Source: Spirochaetales bacterium (GTDB lineage: Bacteria; Spirochaetota; Spirochaetia; JABEVK01). From it: a DNA stretch of 43,646 bases. Shown piece by piece: positions 1 through 8,926 of the stretch (within the stretch, counting starts at the first letter, position 1; each line of letters starts with the position of its first letter). The notes under the pieces were generated by a model, which saw only the letters and a program-made list of their open reading frames with translations, had not been told where the DNA came from and did not search any database. The translations under genes were made by a program, and so were the position numbers. The DNA lies in contig JBAXAI010000030.1 of NCBI GenBank assembly GCA_037142615.1, positions 1-43,646 on the forward strand, read 5' to 3'.

Positions 1-3000
1 CCACCAGCGCAGTGTGATGGTCATTGATCCGATCCCCCCCATGAACCCCGAACCACGGCGCCGAGGCTACATCTTTGCCACGATCCTTGTCCCACTTGAC
101 GTTGAGCTTGGGCGGCTTGTTCACCTTGAGCACCTCGGCTGTCATGAAGGGCCGGATGTTCATCCGCACGCCGTCGTTCAAGTCCGGGTTCCAGCCGATC
201 GGCAGATCCTTCAGGCTTTTCCAGCGTACAAAGATATCGTAAGGAGCCTCGCCTACTTTGATCTTCTCTAGCTTCTCCTTGAGACGGTAAGCGTGGACCA
301 GCTTAGTTTCGGCATCGGCGACCGAGGCACCGCCCGACTCAAGCCGGTGGATATGGTCGCCCAAGTAACTATAGATCAGCCGATCCAGCCCGGCGGCGTC
401 GAGCTTGTGATAGTTCACGAAGGCTGAGAAGCCGTCTCGGTGGCCGTCGGTGATATGCCACACGAAGGGGCGATGGTGGAAAAGCTTGCAGTGGTCCTCA
501 AATGCTTTGTCGCGCAGGTATTCGGCTAGGGTGTATCCGGGGCAATTTGCTTGGGCCAATAGCCCCTCTTCGTTGTAAGAGCCGCCGAAGGCTTCACTAA
601 GCAGGGCACGGACGCGGTCGACGGCCGGAGATTCGTGGTTGAGGGCCGACAGGCAGACGATACCATCGTCATCAAAGTGGTGGGCCAGGGTCTGGGTCTT
701 GGCGATCTGGGCGAGGGCTTCAGGCGACAGTTCCATGCCTGTGTCGTTTTCGGCGGGCCAGCGGTAGCCGACCAGACGGGCCAGAGCGACCTGGAGCGGC
801 GAGGTCGAGGTGGCCGGGTGCCCGTGGAAAATCCACTGGGTGGGGTCGTCGGAATACGGCTGGGGCAGTCCATTGGGGTAGCGCTCGGCGGCGACTTTGG
901 TCCAGTGGTCGAGGTCGAAGGGGACCTTCAGCAAGGTACCACACGTGACGTAGAGCTTCTGGTCAATCTTCCTTACTTCCGCATTGAACTCACTGGATGA
1001 CACAAAGGCCCAAAGAGCGGGTAGATGTTCTGGCCTCTTGGGCGTTATAACCCCAACCCCATTTCGAAAGAGTCCACCGGAATATAGGCAGGCGGGCAAG
1101 TGAGACATTAGGCTAACGGCAACCCCTCGTTTGCCCCAGGCGGGTCTACCCTGCACTCTCGCTGAAGGATTATTGATGTGAACGGCACCCTCATTAGGCC
1201 AGAGCAAGACATCGTCGAGTCCTGCGAATGGGCTGAAATCAACCACTGCATTTTGAAGCGATCGCCAATCTCGGTCGTTGCCGAATCCACTGTCCCAGAA
1301 GTCGCGTCTGTAATGCTCCCAGTCCCCCACGTGCAGTCCAAGGTTAGAGTCGGCATACAGCTCCAGAAGCGTCTTGACGCTTGATTCCTCTGTGAACAGA
1401 ACTCTCGCATCAGGATTCCCCAACTGCGCGTCCTGACCCACCACGACGACCGGCCCGCTGGCCAAGTGGCCTGCCTTCTCTGCCGGGGTCTTCCGTGCAT
1501 CGGCTTCCACCCCCGCCAGTTTTAGCGCGACCGACGGTGCCGTCCCCGCGTACTTCCCGACATTCACGTTCCCGCGCGAAATCGTGATCAAGATGGCTTT
1601 GACGACCTCGCCGCTGATTGTCTCAAACGCCCCAGGTCCCAACCGAGCAATCACGTTCCACGTCTGTTGATTCAACAGCTTCTCGCGCAGTTTCTTGTAA
1701 CTGGTCAAAAACAGCCAGTTCTGAGGCATCACCAGGCTGACGGTGACTTTGGGGCCGAACTTGAGGCTCCGCTCCAGGAACACCGTGGCCAGGTCGGCCT
1801 TCGACTCCTCGTAGTCCCGCTGGCAGAAGTCACGCAGGGGTTCGTCCTGCTTGCCCCCGGCCAGGTAGGGCACGTTCGTAATTACCCAGTTGAAGCGGGC
1901 CGACAGCAGCGCCGCTGCCTTCTGCAGGCCCTGGGCCGACACCGACGCCTCTCGTTCTTCGGGGCTTTTGTTGGCAAAGGGTCGGTTCAGAATCTCGGCC
2001 AGTTCCGTGTTCGCACCGGCGGCACCAAAGAGCGTCAACGGATGATCGTCCGGGTTAATCAGGCTCCCCAACACCGGGGCCTTTTCAAACAGACCGTAGA
2101 GGTGTTCCAGCAGTATCTTGAGATCCTGCTTGCCCAGCCCCAGCTCGGTCCACTGCTCCTTGGTACCGCTGGGCCTCTGCCCTACCCACGCCAGGTTCAG
2201 TTCCGGCAAGGGCCGATAGCCCACCGACTGCGGCACCCGCCACGCGGCAAACGCCAGCGCAAAGGCCGCCAACTCAACGCAACGCTGGTCGAGTTCCAAC
2301 CCGTGCAGGTTGTCCCGAAGCACCGCATCGACGGCCCCGGCGGGGGTCAATCCTTCGGCTTTGCGTCGCAACGGGACCAGCTTTTCCAGTAACGCGGTCA
2401 AGAAGTGCCCGGAACCGCAGCTGGGGTCCAGAATCTTCAGGTCCTTCATTTGTTCGGGCCAATGGGCAAAAGTTCCGGCCGCCGGTCGCCAACGCTCGTC
2501 TTCCTTCACAAAACGCAGGTAGTCCCAGGTTAGCCCGGGAACCGCCGTTTTGGCCCGGAGCGCGGCTTCATTAGGGGCGCTCAGCCAGTCGTCGTCGGTC
2601 AAGGTTCGCCCTGCCCACCACGCCCCCAAGGTATTGTCGATCAAGAACGCGACCATGTACGGCTCGGTAAACAGCTGGGTAACCGCCGAAAGCTCGTCGG
2701 CCCCGATCTTGTTGCCACTGGCGTTCACTTCGTCCTTAGTCTTAGACTGCCAGAACTGGTACACCCAGCCTAGGCTGTCGCTGGCGGTGAAGACCTCGGT
2801 GGGGAGGGATTCGAGGAGAGTCTCGAGTTGCTTCTCATTCTCGCGCGAAAGGACCAGAGACAACCCGGGACTGTCGGCCCGGAAGACTTGAGGAAGGATC
2901 ACGCTGGCGTATTGACCCGCCAACACCCAAGGGCTCCGAACTCCTGTTTCTTTGGCGAGCTCGGCGCACTCCACCAAGGTGACGGGGGCCTTGAACTCAG

Positions 3001-3289
3001 GATGGGTCAGCAGGCCTGACTCAGCCAAGAAGCGGGCGAACAACATGCGGTGCCAATGTTCGTAGGCGATCTCTCGCCTCAGTTTGAGGTCACCACCGAG
3101 GGCCCGAGCGTGAACCCGGAGCCGGTTGCGAAGGGTCTTTTCGTCGTTGTCGAGGTAGGCGGGGGCAGGTTCCTGGTCAACACCCAAACGGTCTAGTGCT
3201 GTTTGGACGGCCTTCTCAGCAGCATCTCGGGCGTTCTGGATTGTGTTTTCGAGCTGGGTTCGTTGGGGTTTAGAGAGGGGGTGGTTCAT
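1..3289 (-). CDS. pglX: BREX N6-adenine DNA methyltransferase PglX (BrxX), 3' end beyond the left edge
   Basis: Translated by hand from ATG 3289 (AAGGA RBS upstream): MNHPLSKPQRTQLENT..., YEHWHRMLFARFL, TQLFTEPYMVAFLIDNTLGAWW, SAM motif ILDPSCGSGHFL (~2400-2435), catalytic NVPY (1865-1876), and C-terminal FHHRPFVWHITDG and WNPDLNDGVRMNIRPF in the same frame. Absent from the ORF track, consistent with no stop inside the window (>=1096 codons). Downstream of brxC. Confidence 0.92.
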   Translation of the reverse strand, partial: MNHPLSKPQRTQLENTIQNARDAAEKAVQTALDRLGVDQEPAPAYLDNDEKTLRNRLRVHARALGGDLKLRREIAYEHWHRMLFARFLAESGLLTHPEFKAPVTLVECAELAKETGVRSPWVLAGQYASVILPQVFRADSPGLSLVLSRENEKQLETLLESLPTEVFTASDSLGWVYQFWQSKTKDEVNASGNKIGADELSAVTQLFTEPYMVAFLIDNTLGAWWAGRTLTDDDWLSAPNEAALRAKTAVPGLTWDYLRFVKEDERWRPAAGTFAHWPEQMKDLKILDPSCGSGHFLTALLEKLVPLRRKAEGLTPAGAVDAVLRDNLHGLELDQRCVELAAFALAFAAWRVPQSVGYRPLPELNLAWVGQRPSGTKEQWTELGLGKQDLKILLEHLYGLFEKAPVLGSLINPDDHPLTLFGAAGANTELAEILNRPFANKSPEEREASVSAQGLQKAAALLSARFNWVITNVPYLAGGKQDEPLRDFCQRDYEESKADLATVFLERSLKFGPKVTVSLVMPQNWLFLTSYKKLREKLLNQQTWNVIARLGPGAFETISGEVVKAILITISRGNVNVGKYAGTAPSVALKLAGVEADARKTPAEKAGHLASGPVVVVGQDAQLGNPDARVLFTEESSVKTLLELYADSNLGLHVGDWEHYRRDFWDSGFGNDRDWRSLQNAVVDFSPFAGLDDVLLWPNEGAVHINNPSARVQGRPAWGKRGVAVSLMSHLPACLYSGGLFRNGVGVITPKRPEHLPALWAFVSSSEFNAEVRKIDQKLYVTCGTLLKVPFDLDHWTKVAAERYPNGLPQPYSDDPTQWIFHGHPATSTSPLQVALARLVGYRWPAENDTGMELSPEALAQIAKTQTLAHHFDDDGIVCLSALNHESPAVDRVRALLSEAFGGSYNEEGLLAQANCPGYTLAEYLRDKAFEDHCKLFHHRPFVWHITDGHRDGFSAFVNYHKLDAAGLDRLIYSYLGDHIHRLESGGASVADAETKLVHAYRLKEKLEKIKVGEAPYDIFVRWKSLKDLPIGWNPDLNDGVRMNIRPFMTAEVLKVNKPPKLNVKWDKDRGKDVASAPWFGVHGGDRINDHHTALV

Positions 3290-3428
3290 AACCGAATCCT
3301 TTTTCTCTTGACGGTGACTTCGAAGGTCCAGATTTGTTCGGATTGGTTCATGGCACTTTCTCGTTCATGCTTTCAGTCTCCCAGGGCATAAGAAGAATGG
3401 TAGCTCTTTGCACTTCTTCCAAGTTTCA

Positions 3429-4712
3429 TTACAGAGGTGGCTTGATTTTGGCATCGATCTTCAGGAACTGTCTTATGGCTTCCCCAAACTCGTTCATAGG
3501 GCTCCCGTGATTGTTCTTTGTGTCAAAAATTGCCACAGGGTTCAGTGAGATATTCAAGATGGTTACCTTGAGCAATTGTTCAAGGAGCTCTGGACTCACC
3601 TCATTCGTTTCCTTTTTGTAGCCCTCGAAGGCCATTGAGACTGCCGTTTTGTATGCGTAGTCTTCCCTAATTCTCACCGTGAATCCGAACTGCTTGGAGC
3701 AGAACCAGCCAAGCCATACAGTCGCGACAATAGTAGGCAACTTGAGAAGATACAGAACAGGATCGCTAGCACCAGTACCTGCTGTAATCCCCTTAGCATA
3801 CTCATAGCTCAAGTAGACCAAGACCGACAACGCAATTATCGTTAGGGTTCCCCACAATAGTACGCTGGTCCTGAGCTCATTCTTCCTTTTCTGAAAAGCA
3901 GATGCGAGGCCGAATTTATTGACGTCCTTGAGTGTGTTCTTAATCGCGTCTTGAAGTTTAGCGTCGAGTTCGACTTGACCCTGAATTTTTGACATCAATT
4001 CGTCAAGTTCTTTTTTGTTCTTCCGGACTTGCCCGTCAACCTTGAGATTTGACTCAGAGAGTTCCTTGGCCTTCTCTAGATTCTCGTTGACATATTTTTC
4101 CGTGACTTTTATGTTGGCTTGGTTTTCTGTCACGGCTTCATGAATCTCGCCAATTTCAGTAACAAACTCGTTTGTCTTGTTTTGAGACTGGGTTGCAGCG
4201 ACGAGAGCTTGCTTGAGCTCGACAAGTGCGGCCGTGGAACCGGTCTTGAAGCTTTCCAGGTTCTCTTCGGAGGACTCGATTTTCGCAATGATATCTTTGA
4301 TTGTCTCAAATCTGGCTTTGATATCAACATAACCATCTTTGATCGCCGCGATTTCAAGATCTGATCGGATTGGGTCCTTTGAGAGAGTTATGTAGAGATG
4401 TTTTGCTTGAGATCTGAGGGAGAAGAGGTTGTTTAGGAACTTGTTGAACTTGTTTGCCCAGTCGCGACTATCTACTTCCTTAAGGAGGGAAAACTCATCA
4501 TCAACAAGACGGGCAAACTCCCTCTTGAACCAGATCACTTCAAAGTGATCCTTGTAGTTCTCAACTAACGTCAGAAGCTTGTAGGTCTCGTCGATGCTAG
4601 ACTTGATCAAAGGCTTGGTGATCCCTGGATAGCCATAGATATCAGCACCAGAGGGAAACTTCTCCTCGATGCCGGTTGCGAGCTTTGTCAGTCGTTGCTT
4701 CTCTGCTTTCAA
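3429..4712 (-). CDS. Uncharacterised protein with long coiled coil and two C-terminal TM helices, inserted in the BREX operon
   Basis: 427-aa ORF, TTG start with GGAAGGA RBS. K/E-rich central heptads, hydrophobic segments VLLWGTLTIIALSVLVYLSY and LYLLKLPTIVATVWLGWFCS, then REDYAYK...AFEGYK. Two hand-counted 60-nt lines are 40% GC. Confidence 0.85.
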   Translation of the reverse strand: MKAEKQRLTKLATGIEEKFPSGADIYGYPGITKPLIKSSIDETYKLLTLVENYKDHFEVIWFKREFARLVDDEFSLLKEVDSRDWANKFNKFLNNLFSLRSQAKHLYITLSKDPIRSDLEIAAIKDGYVDIKARFETIKDIIAKIESSEENLESFKTGSTAALVELKQALVAATQSQNKTNEFVTEIGEIHEAVTENQANIKVTEKYVNENLEKAKELSESNLKVDGQVRKNKKELDELMSKIQGQVELDAKLQDAIKNTLKDVNKFGLASAFQKRKNELRTSVLLWGTLTIIALSVLVYLSYEYAKGITAGTGASDPVLYLLKLPTIVATVWLGWFCSKQFGFTVRIREDYAYKTAVSMAFEGYKKETNEVSPELLEQLLKVTILNISLNPVAIFDTKNNHGSPMNEFGEAIRQFLKIDAKIKPPL

Positions 4713-4805
4713 GTTTCACGTCCTTCCACTTGGCTGTTTTCCAATTAAACGGTCTGGAGCTTGCTCATTTCGCTTCTTCTTGATGAATCGTCGTTACCTT
4801 CAATT

Positions 4806-5144
4806 TCAAGCCTGACTCACTTCGTGCTCGATGGCCTGCTGGATAAACTGGTTCAGCGTCTTTCCCGACATAAGCGCTTTCCGATACGCCATCTTGTGCA
4901 AGTCCGGCGAAACCCTCACGTTGAACGATCCTTTGAAGGACTTCTCGGGGGACTTTCCAGCTCGCTGGCAGAGTTCGAGGTAGTCGTCGACGGCCTCTTC
5001 AAAGGCCGTCTTGAGCTCGGCTACCGTGGTACCCTCAAACGACACCAAGTCGTCCACACCCTCGATCCTGCCGAAGAACACTTCGTCTTCGGCACTGAAA
5101 TGCACGGAACCCAAGAACTCTTTGTACCGCAGAACGTCTGTCAT
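4806..5144 (-). CDS. hicB: HicB-family antitoxin
   Basis: YKEFLGSVHFSAEDEVFFGRIEGVDDLVSFEG...AVDDYLELC and RHH-type SFKGSFNVRVSPDLH. Overlaps the hicA stop (ATGA). Confidence 0.93.
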   Translation of the reverse strand: MTDVLRYKEFLGSVHFSAEDEVFFGRIEGVDDLVSFEGTTVAELKTAFEEAVDDYLELCQRAGKSPEKSFKGSFNVRVSPDLHKMAYRKALMSGKTLNQFIQQAIEHEVSQA

Positions 5145-5401
5145 CGTATCACCCCTTGAGCCTTCAGTTCGTCCCAGATTTCGCTCACTTGGTAGCCCTT
5201 CAAAATGTTGGTCAGGTGAGGCTTGTGGAGACGAAAGATGTGTTTAGTCTTGGTATTCACGAACGCCACTCGCGAGCCTGAGGTCTTGCCCTTGGAGTCT
5301 TCCTCGTACCCGAGACCGTTCAAGAGGCTTCGAAGCTCATCGTAGGTGAAGTCCTTGGGTTTCCGTGAAAACCGCTCCAACAACTTGTCGAACTGGCTCA
5401 T
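5141..5401 (-). CDS. hicA: HicA-family mRNA interferase toxin
   Basis: 86 aa, basic; PKDFTYDEL..L..LGY, GKTSGSRVAF, HKPH motif; toxin-before-antitoxin order typical of hicAB. Confidence 0.93.
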   Translation of the reverse strand: MSQFDKLLERFSRKPKDFTYDELRSLLNGLGYEEDSKGKTSGSRVAFVNTKTKHIFRLHKPHLTNILKGYQVSEIWDELKAQGVIR

Positions 5402-5429
5402 CCAAAAATACTCCGATTCTCCGAAGATT

Positions 5430-5448
5430 GCAACTGATATTCAGTTGC
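5430..5448. promoter_or_regulatory. Palindromic operator upstream of hicA (probable HicB site)
   Basis: Perfect 8-bp inverted repeat GCAACTGA-tat-TCAGTTGC in the 54-bp brxC-hicA gap. Confidence 0.65.
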
Positions 5449-5455
5449 GAACTCA

Positions 5456-8400
5456 TCATTGCGGCAACACCGGTCCGTTCTTCAGTTCTTCAATTAGTCT
5501 GACTTTCACCTCGGCCAGCCAGCGATCAATGTCACCTTCCGTCTTCAAAGCCTGCGCAGGTCGCGAGACCGTCACCCGTTTGACCGCTGGTTCCAGCTTC
5601 GTTGCCGCATCCTGGCGAAGCTGAGTCACCTTGCTATCCCACGCAAACGTCCGTTCCTTCCAAGAGTCGAGGGATGCAGACCGCAGGCTCTCGATGATTT
5701 GCGCCGTGGTCCCACTCTTGGGTTGTTCGGCAAGAACGAAGCTTCGCTGGGCCTTCAAGGCGTTCTGGTCGGCCAAAGGAAGGCGCTGCCACAAAGCGTC
5801 GCTGTCCAGAGTCGTTTGGGCAACCTCAAAGGCTTTCTGGTAATCACCCCACACCTGAGTCAGCACCCCATGCGTCCAGTCGGTGAGCCCGCGAATCAAA
5901 GCGGGCAGTGGATCAGGATCATTGAGGAGGCTACGCTGGGTCTTGATGGCCTCGACTTCCGTTCGAAGTTCGAGGGTTTCGGCGGCGGGAACCAGCGCCA
6001 AAAGCTGAAGGAGCTGTTCCCACTGAGCCAGGCGCTGGCTCTTCTTGTATTTAAGTTCCTTCCAAGCCTTGAGATCGACTTGCACGGCATCTCTGTCGTC
6101 AGCAAGGCCTTTGGCAAGCTCATTTCCGGTCTGCCCATCGAGCGACTGGAACCACAGCGGAGATGGTGACACTGGCCAAGGTGCCACGCCTCCCGCTTCA
6201 TTTCTGAGGGCGCTGACCCGCTCCCAGAGTTCACCAAGACGGTCGACCTCTTGCCCCGAGGTGACGGTGATTTCCACCTCTTGGTAGAGGGATTTCAGTT
6301 TGATTTTGTCGGCCTGGGTGAGCACGATGGTCAGGGCCGAAACATAAAGAGTCCTCAAATCCTTGCGTTGAAGGTCGAGGATGTCGACAGTCTGGCCACC
6401 AGTCCTCTTCACTGTCACCATCTGCAGGACCCAAAGCACGTACAAGGAAGCCTCGATAGCCTCGATGTCCCAACCATACGGAGATCGCTGCAGGTGCGCG
6501 GCCAAATCTCCCCAGACGATCGGGGCGCGAGTGCGGCGAAGGATCTCCGCGCATACGGGGTGCGTTTCGGCAGCACTCGTCCAGCCGACCTTCTCGAGGC
6601 CTCGCACCGACTTCTTCTTGGCTTCGGTGAGGACTTCCGGCCAGCGTGCCGAGTCGGCTTTACTGAACTCCGGGTAGATCCGATCGAGGATCTTGGTGGC
6701 ACCGTCTTTGACCTTCGCACTGAGCTCTAGACCGGTGGTGATTTCCTCACCGCCGCCGATCCACACCTTCACCTCACTGACCACATCGCCCCAGAGCTGC
6801 TTAAGCCTGTCCTCGGCGTTGTTCTTGGTGGTGCGCATGGCCTCCTGGGCCTGCAAAACCTCGGCTCCCGAACCGGCCGCGCCAAAGAAGTCGAGGGTCT
6901 GGCTGGCAGCCTTGAACTCCACCAGCGAGCGCTTCACCTCGTCTTCCGAGCGCTTGGGGAGGAAGACAACGATCCACGCCGATTCGTTCCCCGCTTTTCT
7001 AACGTCCCGAAGTACACCCTCTTCCTCATTGTCCCAACCGTTGCGAACCCAAATGACGGGCTCGTCGAGGGCCGGTGCCGCCGTCGCAAACGTTGTGGCG
7101 AACGTCCGGGTCGTCCTGGTGGCCCCTTGCGGGATGCTGAACGAGCTCAAGCGGGTCGACAGGAAGGCGTTGAGCCGTTCGCGCCGAAGCTGGTAGACCT
7201 CTTCAGGTTTGTTGTTGAGGTCGCTGACAAACCGTCGGTACTCTTGGGACCACTTCTGGCCCTCACGAGTTTGAACCGAGAAGCCCTGAGGTGTCTGCAA
7301 GAGGTGCCCATCTTTGACCAACGCGGCACAGAACCCCGGAACCTTTTGCCGCAGGGCCTCGGCCTGGCGAAGGTCGGTGATCAACAAGTCTTCCAGCGTC
7401 TTTTCGACGCAGGGGATCAAGTCCTTCCCCTTCCCTTCATTGATTTTTCCCAACAGAAAACATAGGGACAGGATTCGCCCTTTGAGCTGCTGATCAGGGT
7501 CGTCACTCTCTTTGTGCCGGGTGATCAGGTCCTGAAGTTCCCTCGAAAGCACCTGCGTCTGCAACAGCGTCGTGGCGTTCTGTTCATACAGGTAATCACC
7601 GGGAACGATGTAGCCTAGCTCCTTCGACTGGCTCTCGCGGACGGCCTCGTAGACCATTCGAAGCTGGTTTCTGAGCTGGATCGAGGTGCCGGTACGGTCC
7701 GCCTCTCTGAGAGCCAGATCCCAGAAACGCCGACGAACGGGCAAGACAGGATAGTCGGGGACGGCCCACTGTTGGTCGTCTTTGTGGTTCTGGCCAGACA
7801 AAGGTGTACCCGTCAGATGCCGGTCGATCTCGCCCCTGTGGGCGTCGATCAAAGCACGGATCCCGGGCTCGGCCGTGGCCTTCTTCTTGAGGATATTCTC
7901 GCGGACGACGGTATCGACATCCGTGTCCGCCAGCAGGACTTGAACGGTGAACCGCCCCATCAGTTTCTGCAAAAGACTGTTCGCCGCCAAGGCATTCTGT
8001 CCCGTGCCGATGAACAGAATGCGTCCCTGGAAGGCCTTTGAGAGGGTCTCGACCAGTTCCTGAACCGCCATGGAAAGGCTTTCGTTGTCACCGATGAATT
8101 GCTGCACCTCGTCCAGAACGACCAACGTCAGCGGGAACTGAGCATTGTTGGGGGCCAGCGCCTGTTTGAATAGGTCGACCATTTCTTGGTTGGTGACGTC
8201 GGTGACCCGGGCGAACTCCTGCGACAGGAGGGTACGGACTTCTTCTTCGTTGCTGAAAGTCGTGGGCAAAGCCTTGAGCACGGCGCTGTGGAGCACCTCA
8301 TCGACAAACAAGTTGCCCACGGCGGTGAGCCAGTCTTCGCCCGTGGCCTCAATCGAGGCCTTCACTTGGTCGAAGACATTCTTCCGCTTAAGCCACAAGC

Positions 8401-8926
8401 AGAATCGGGCCAAGTTCACCTTCTCAGGGAGCCCAAGGGAGTGGAAGAGGAAGCCCAAGGTCGTCAACCTGACCTTGTCACCGGCCCCAGACTTGAGAGT
8501 GCCAGAAAGGGAATGAAGCCCGCCCCTCTGGCGGCCCAAGGTGTTCAGTTCACGGAACTGGGCGCTGATGTCACCGGGAAGCTGGACGAGGTCGAGGGCC
8601 TTGCGTCCCCCCGATAGCTCTTGATTCACCCACAAGGCACGCAGCATCTTGGCCAAGTGTGACTTACCGCTTCCGTAGAAGCCTGAGATCCATACGGCCT
8701 TTTGTTCGGGTCGGTCGACGTTGGTCAGGAAGTTTTGGAGAATGGTCTCGAGCCCGGCCTTGTAGTGCCCTTGGCACACGAAGGTGCGGACCTCAAACTC
8801 GAGGACCTTCAGGGCCTCCGAGTCCAGACTGTCGTTGACGTTGACCACGCCCTCGTTGAGAAGTTGCAGCTCGTCGATGCTCTTGGCAAAGATGTCTTTC
8901 AGCACAGTCCCATCCTTCAAGGTCAT
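5456..8926 (-). CDS. brxC: BREX P-loop ATPase BrxC
   Basis: Walker A WISGFYGSGKSHLAK, Walker B LVVLDEVQQF, YPVLPVRRRFW. Start ATG 8926 overlaps the brxB stop (ATGA) and has a GGGAGG RBS. Confidence 0.93.
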   Translation of the reverse strand: MTLKDGTVLKDIFAKSIDELQLLNEGVVNVNDSLDSEALKVLEFEVRTFVCQGHYKAGLETILQNFLTNVDRPEQKAVWISGFYGSGKSHLAKMLRALWVNQELSGGRKALDLVQLPGDISAQFRELNTLGRQRGGLHSLSGTLKSGAGDKVRLTTLGFLFHSLGLPEKVNLARFCLWLKRKNVFDQVKASIEATGEDWLTAVGNLFVDEVLHSAVLKALPTTFSNEEEVRTLLSQEFARVTDVTNQEMVDLFKQALAPNNAQFPLTLVVLDEVQQFIGDNESLSMAVQELVETLSKAFQGRILFIGTGQNALAANSLLQKLMGRFTVQVLLADTDVDTVVRENILKKKATAEPGIRALIDAHRGEIDRHLTGTPLSGQNHKDDQQWAVPDYPVLPVRRRFWDLALREADRTGTSIQLRNQLRMVYEAVRESQSKELGYIVPGDYLYEQNATTLLQTQVLSRELQDLITRHKESDDPDQQLKGRILSLCFLLGKINEGKGKDLIPCVEKTLEDLLITDLRQAEALRQKVPGFCAALVKDGHLLQTPQGFSVQTREGQKWSQEYRRFVSDLNNKPEEVYQLRRERLNAFLSTRLSSFSIPQGATRTTRTFATTFATAAPALDEPVIWVRNGWDNEEEGVLRDVRKAGNESAWIVVFLPKRSEDEVKRSLVEFKAASQTLDFFGAAGSGAEVLQAQEAMRTTKNNAEDRLKQLWGDVVSEVKVWIGGGEEITTGLELSAKVKDGATKILDRIYPEFSKADSARWPEVLTEAKKKSVRGLEKVGWTSAAETHPVCAEILRRTRAPIVWGDLAAHLQRSPYGWDIEAIEASLYVLWVLQMVTVKRTGGQTVDILDLQRKDLRTLYVSALTIVLTQADKIKLKSLYQEVEITVTSGQEVDRLGELWERVSALRNEAGGVAPWPVSPSPLWFQSLDGQTGNELAKGLADDRDAVQVDLKAWKELKYKKSQRLAQWEQLLQLLALVPAAETLELRTEVEAIKTQRSLLNDPDPLPALIRGLTDWTHGVLTQVWGDYQKAFEVAQTTLDSDALWQRLPLADQNALKAQRSFVLAEQPKSGTTAQIIESLRSASLDSWKERTFAWDSKVTQLRQDAATKLEPAVKRVTVSRPAQALKTEGDIDRWLAEVKVRLIEELKNGPVLPQ

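Noticed and set aside
14-3391. Many short ORFs in the track over 14-3391
   Set aside because: Shadow frames of the long minus-strand pglX.
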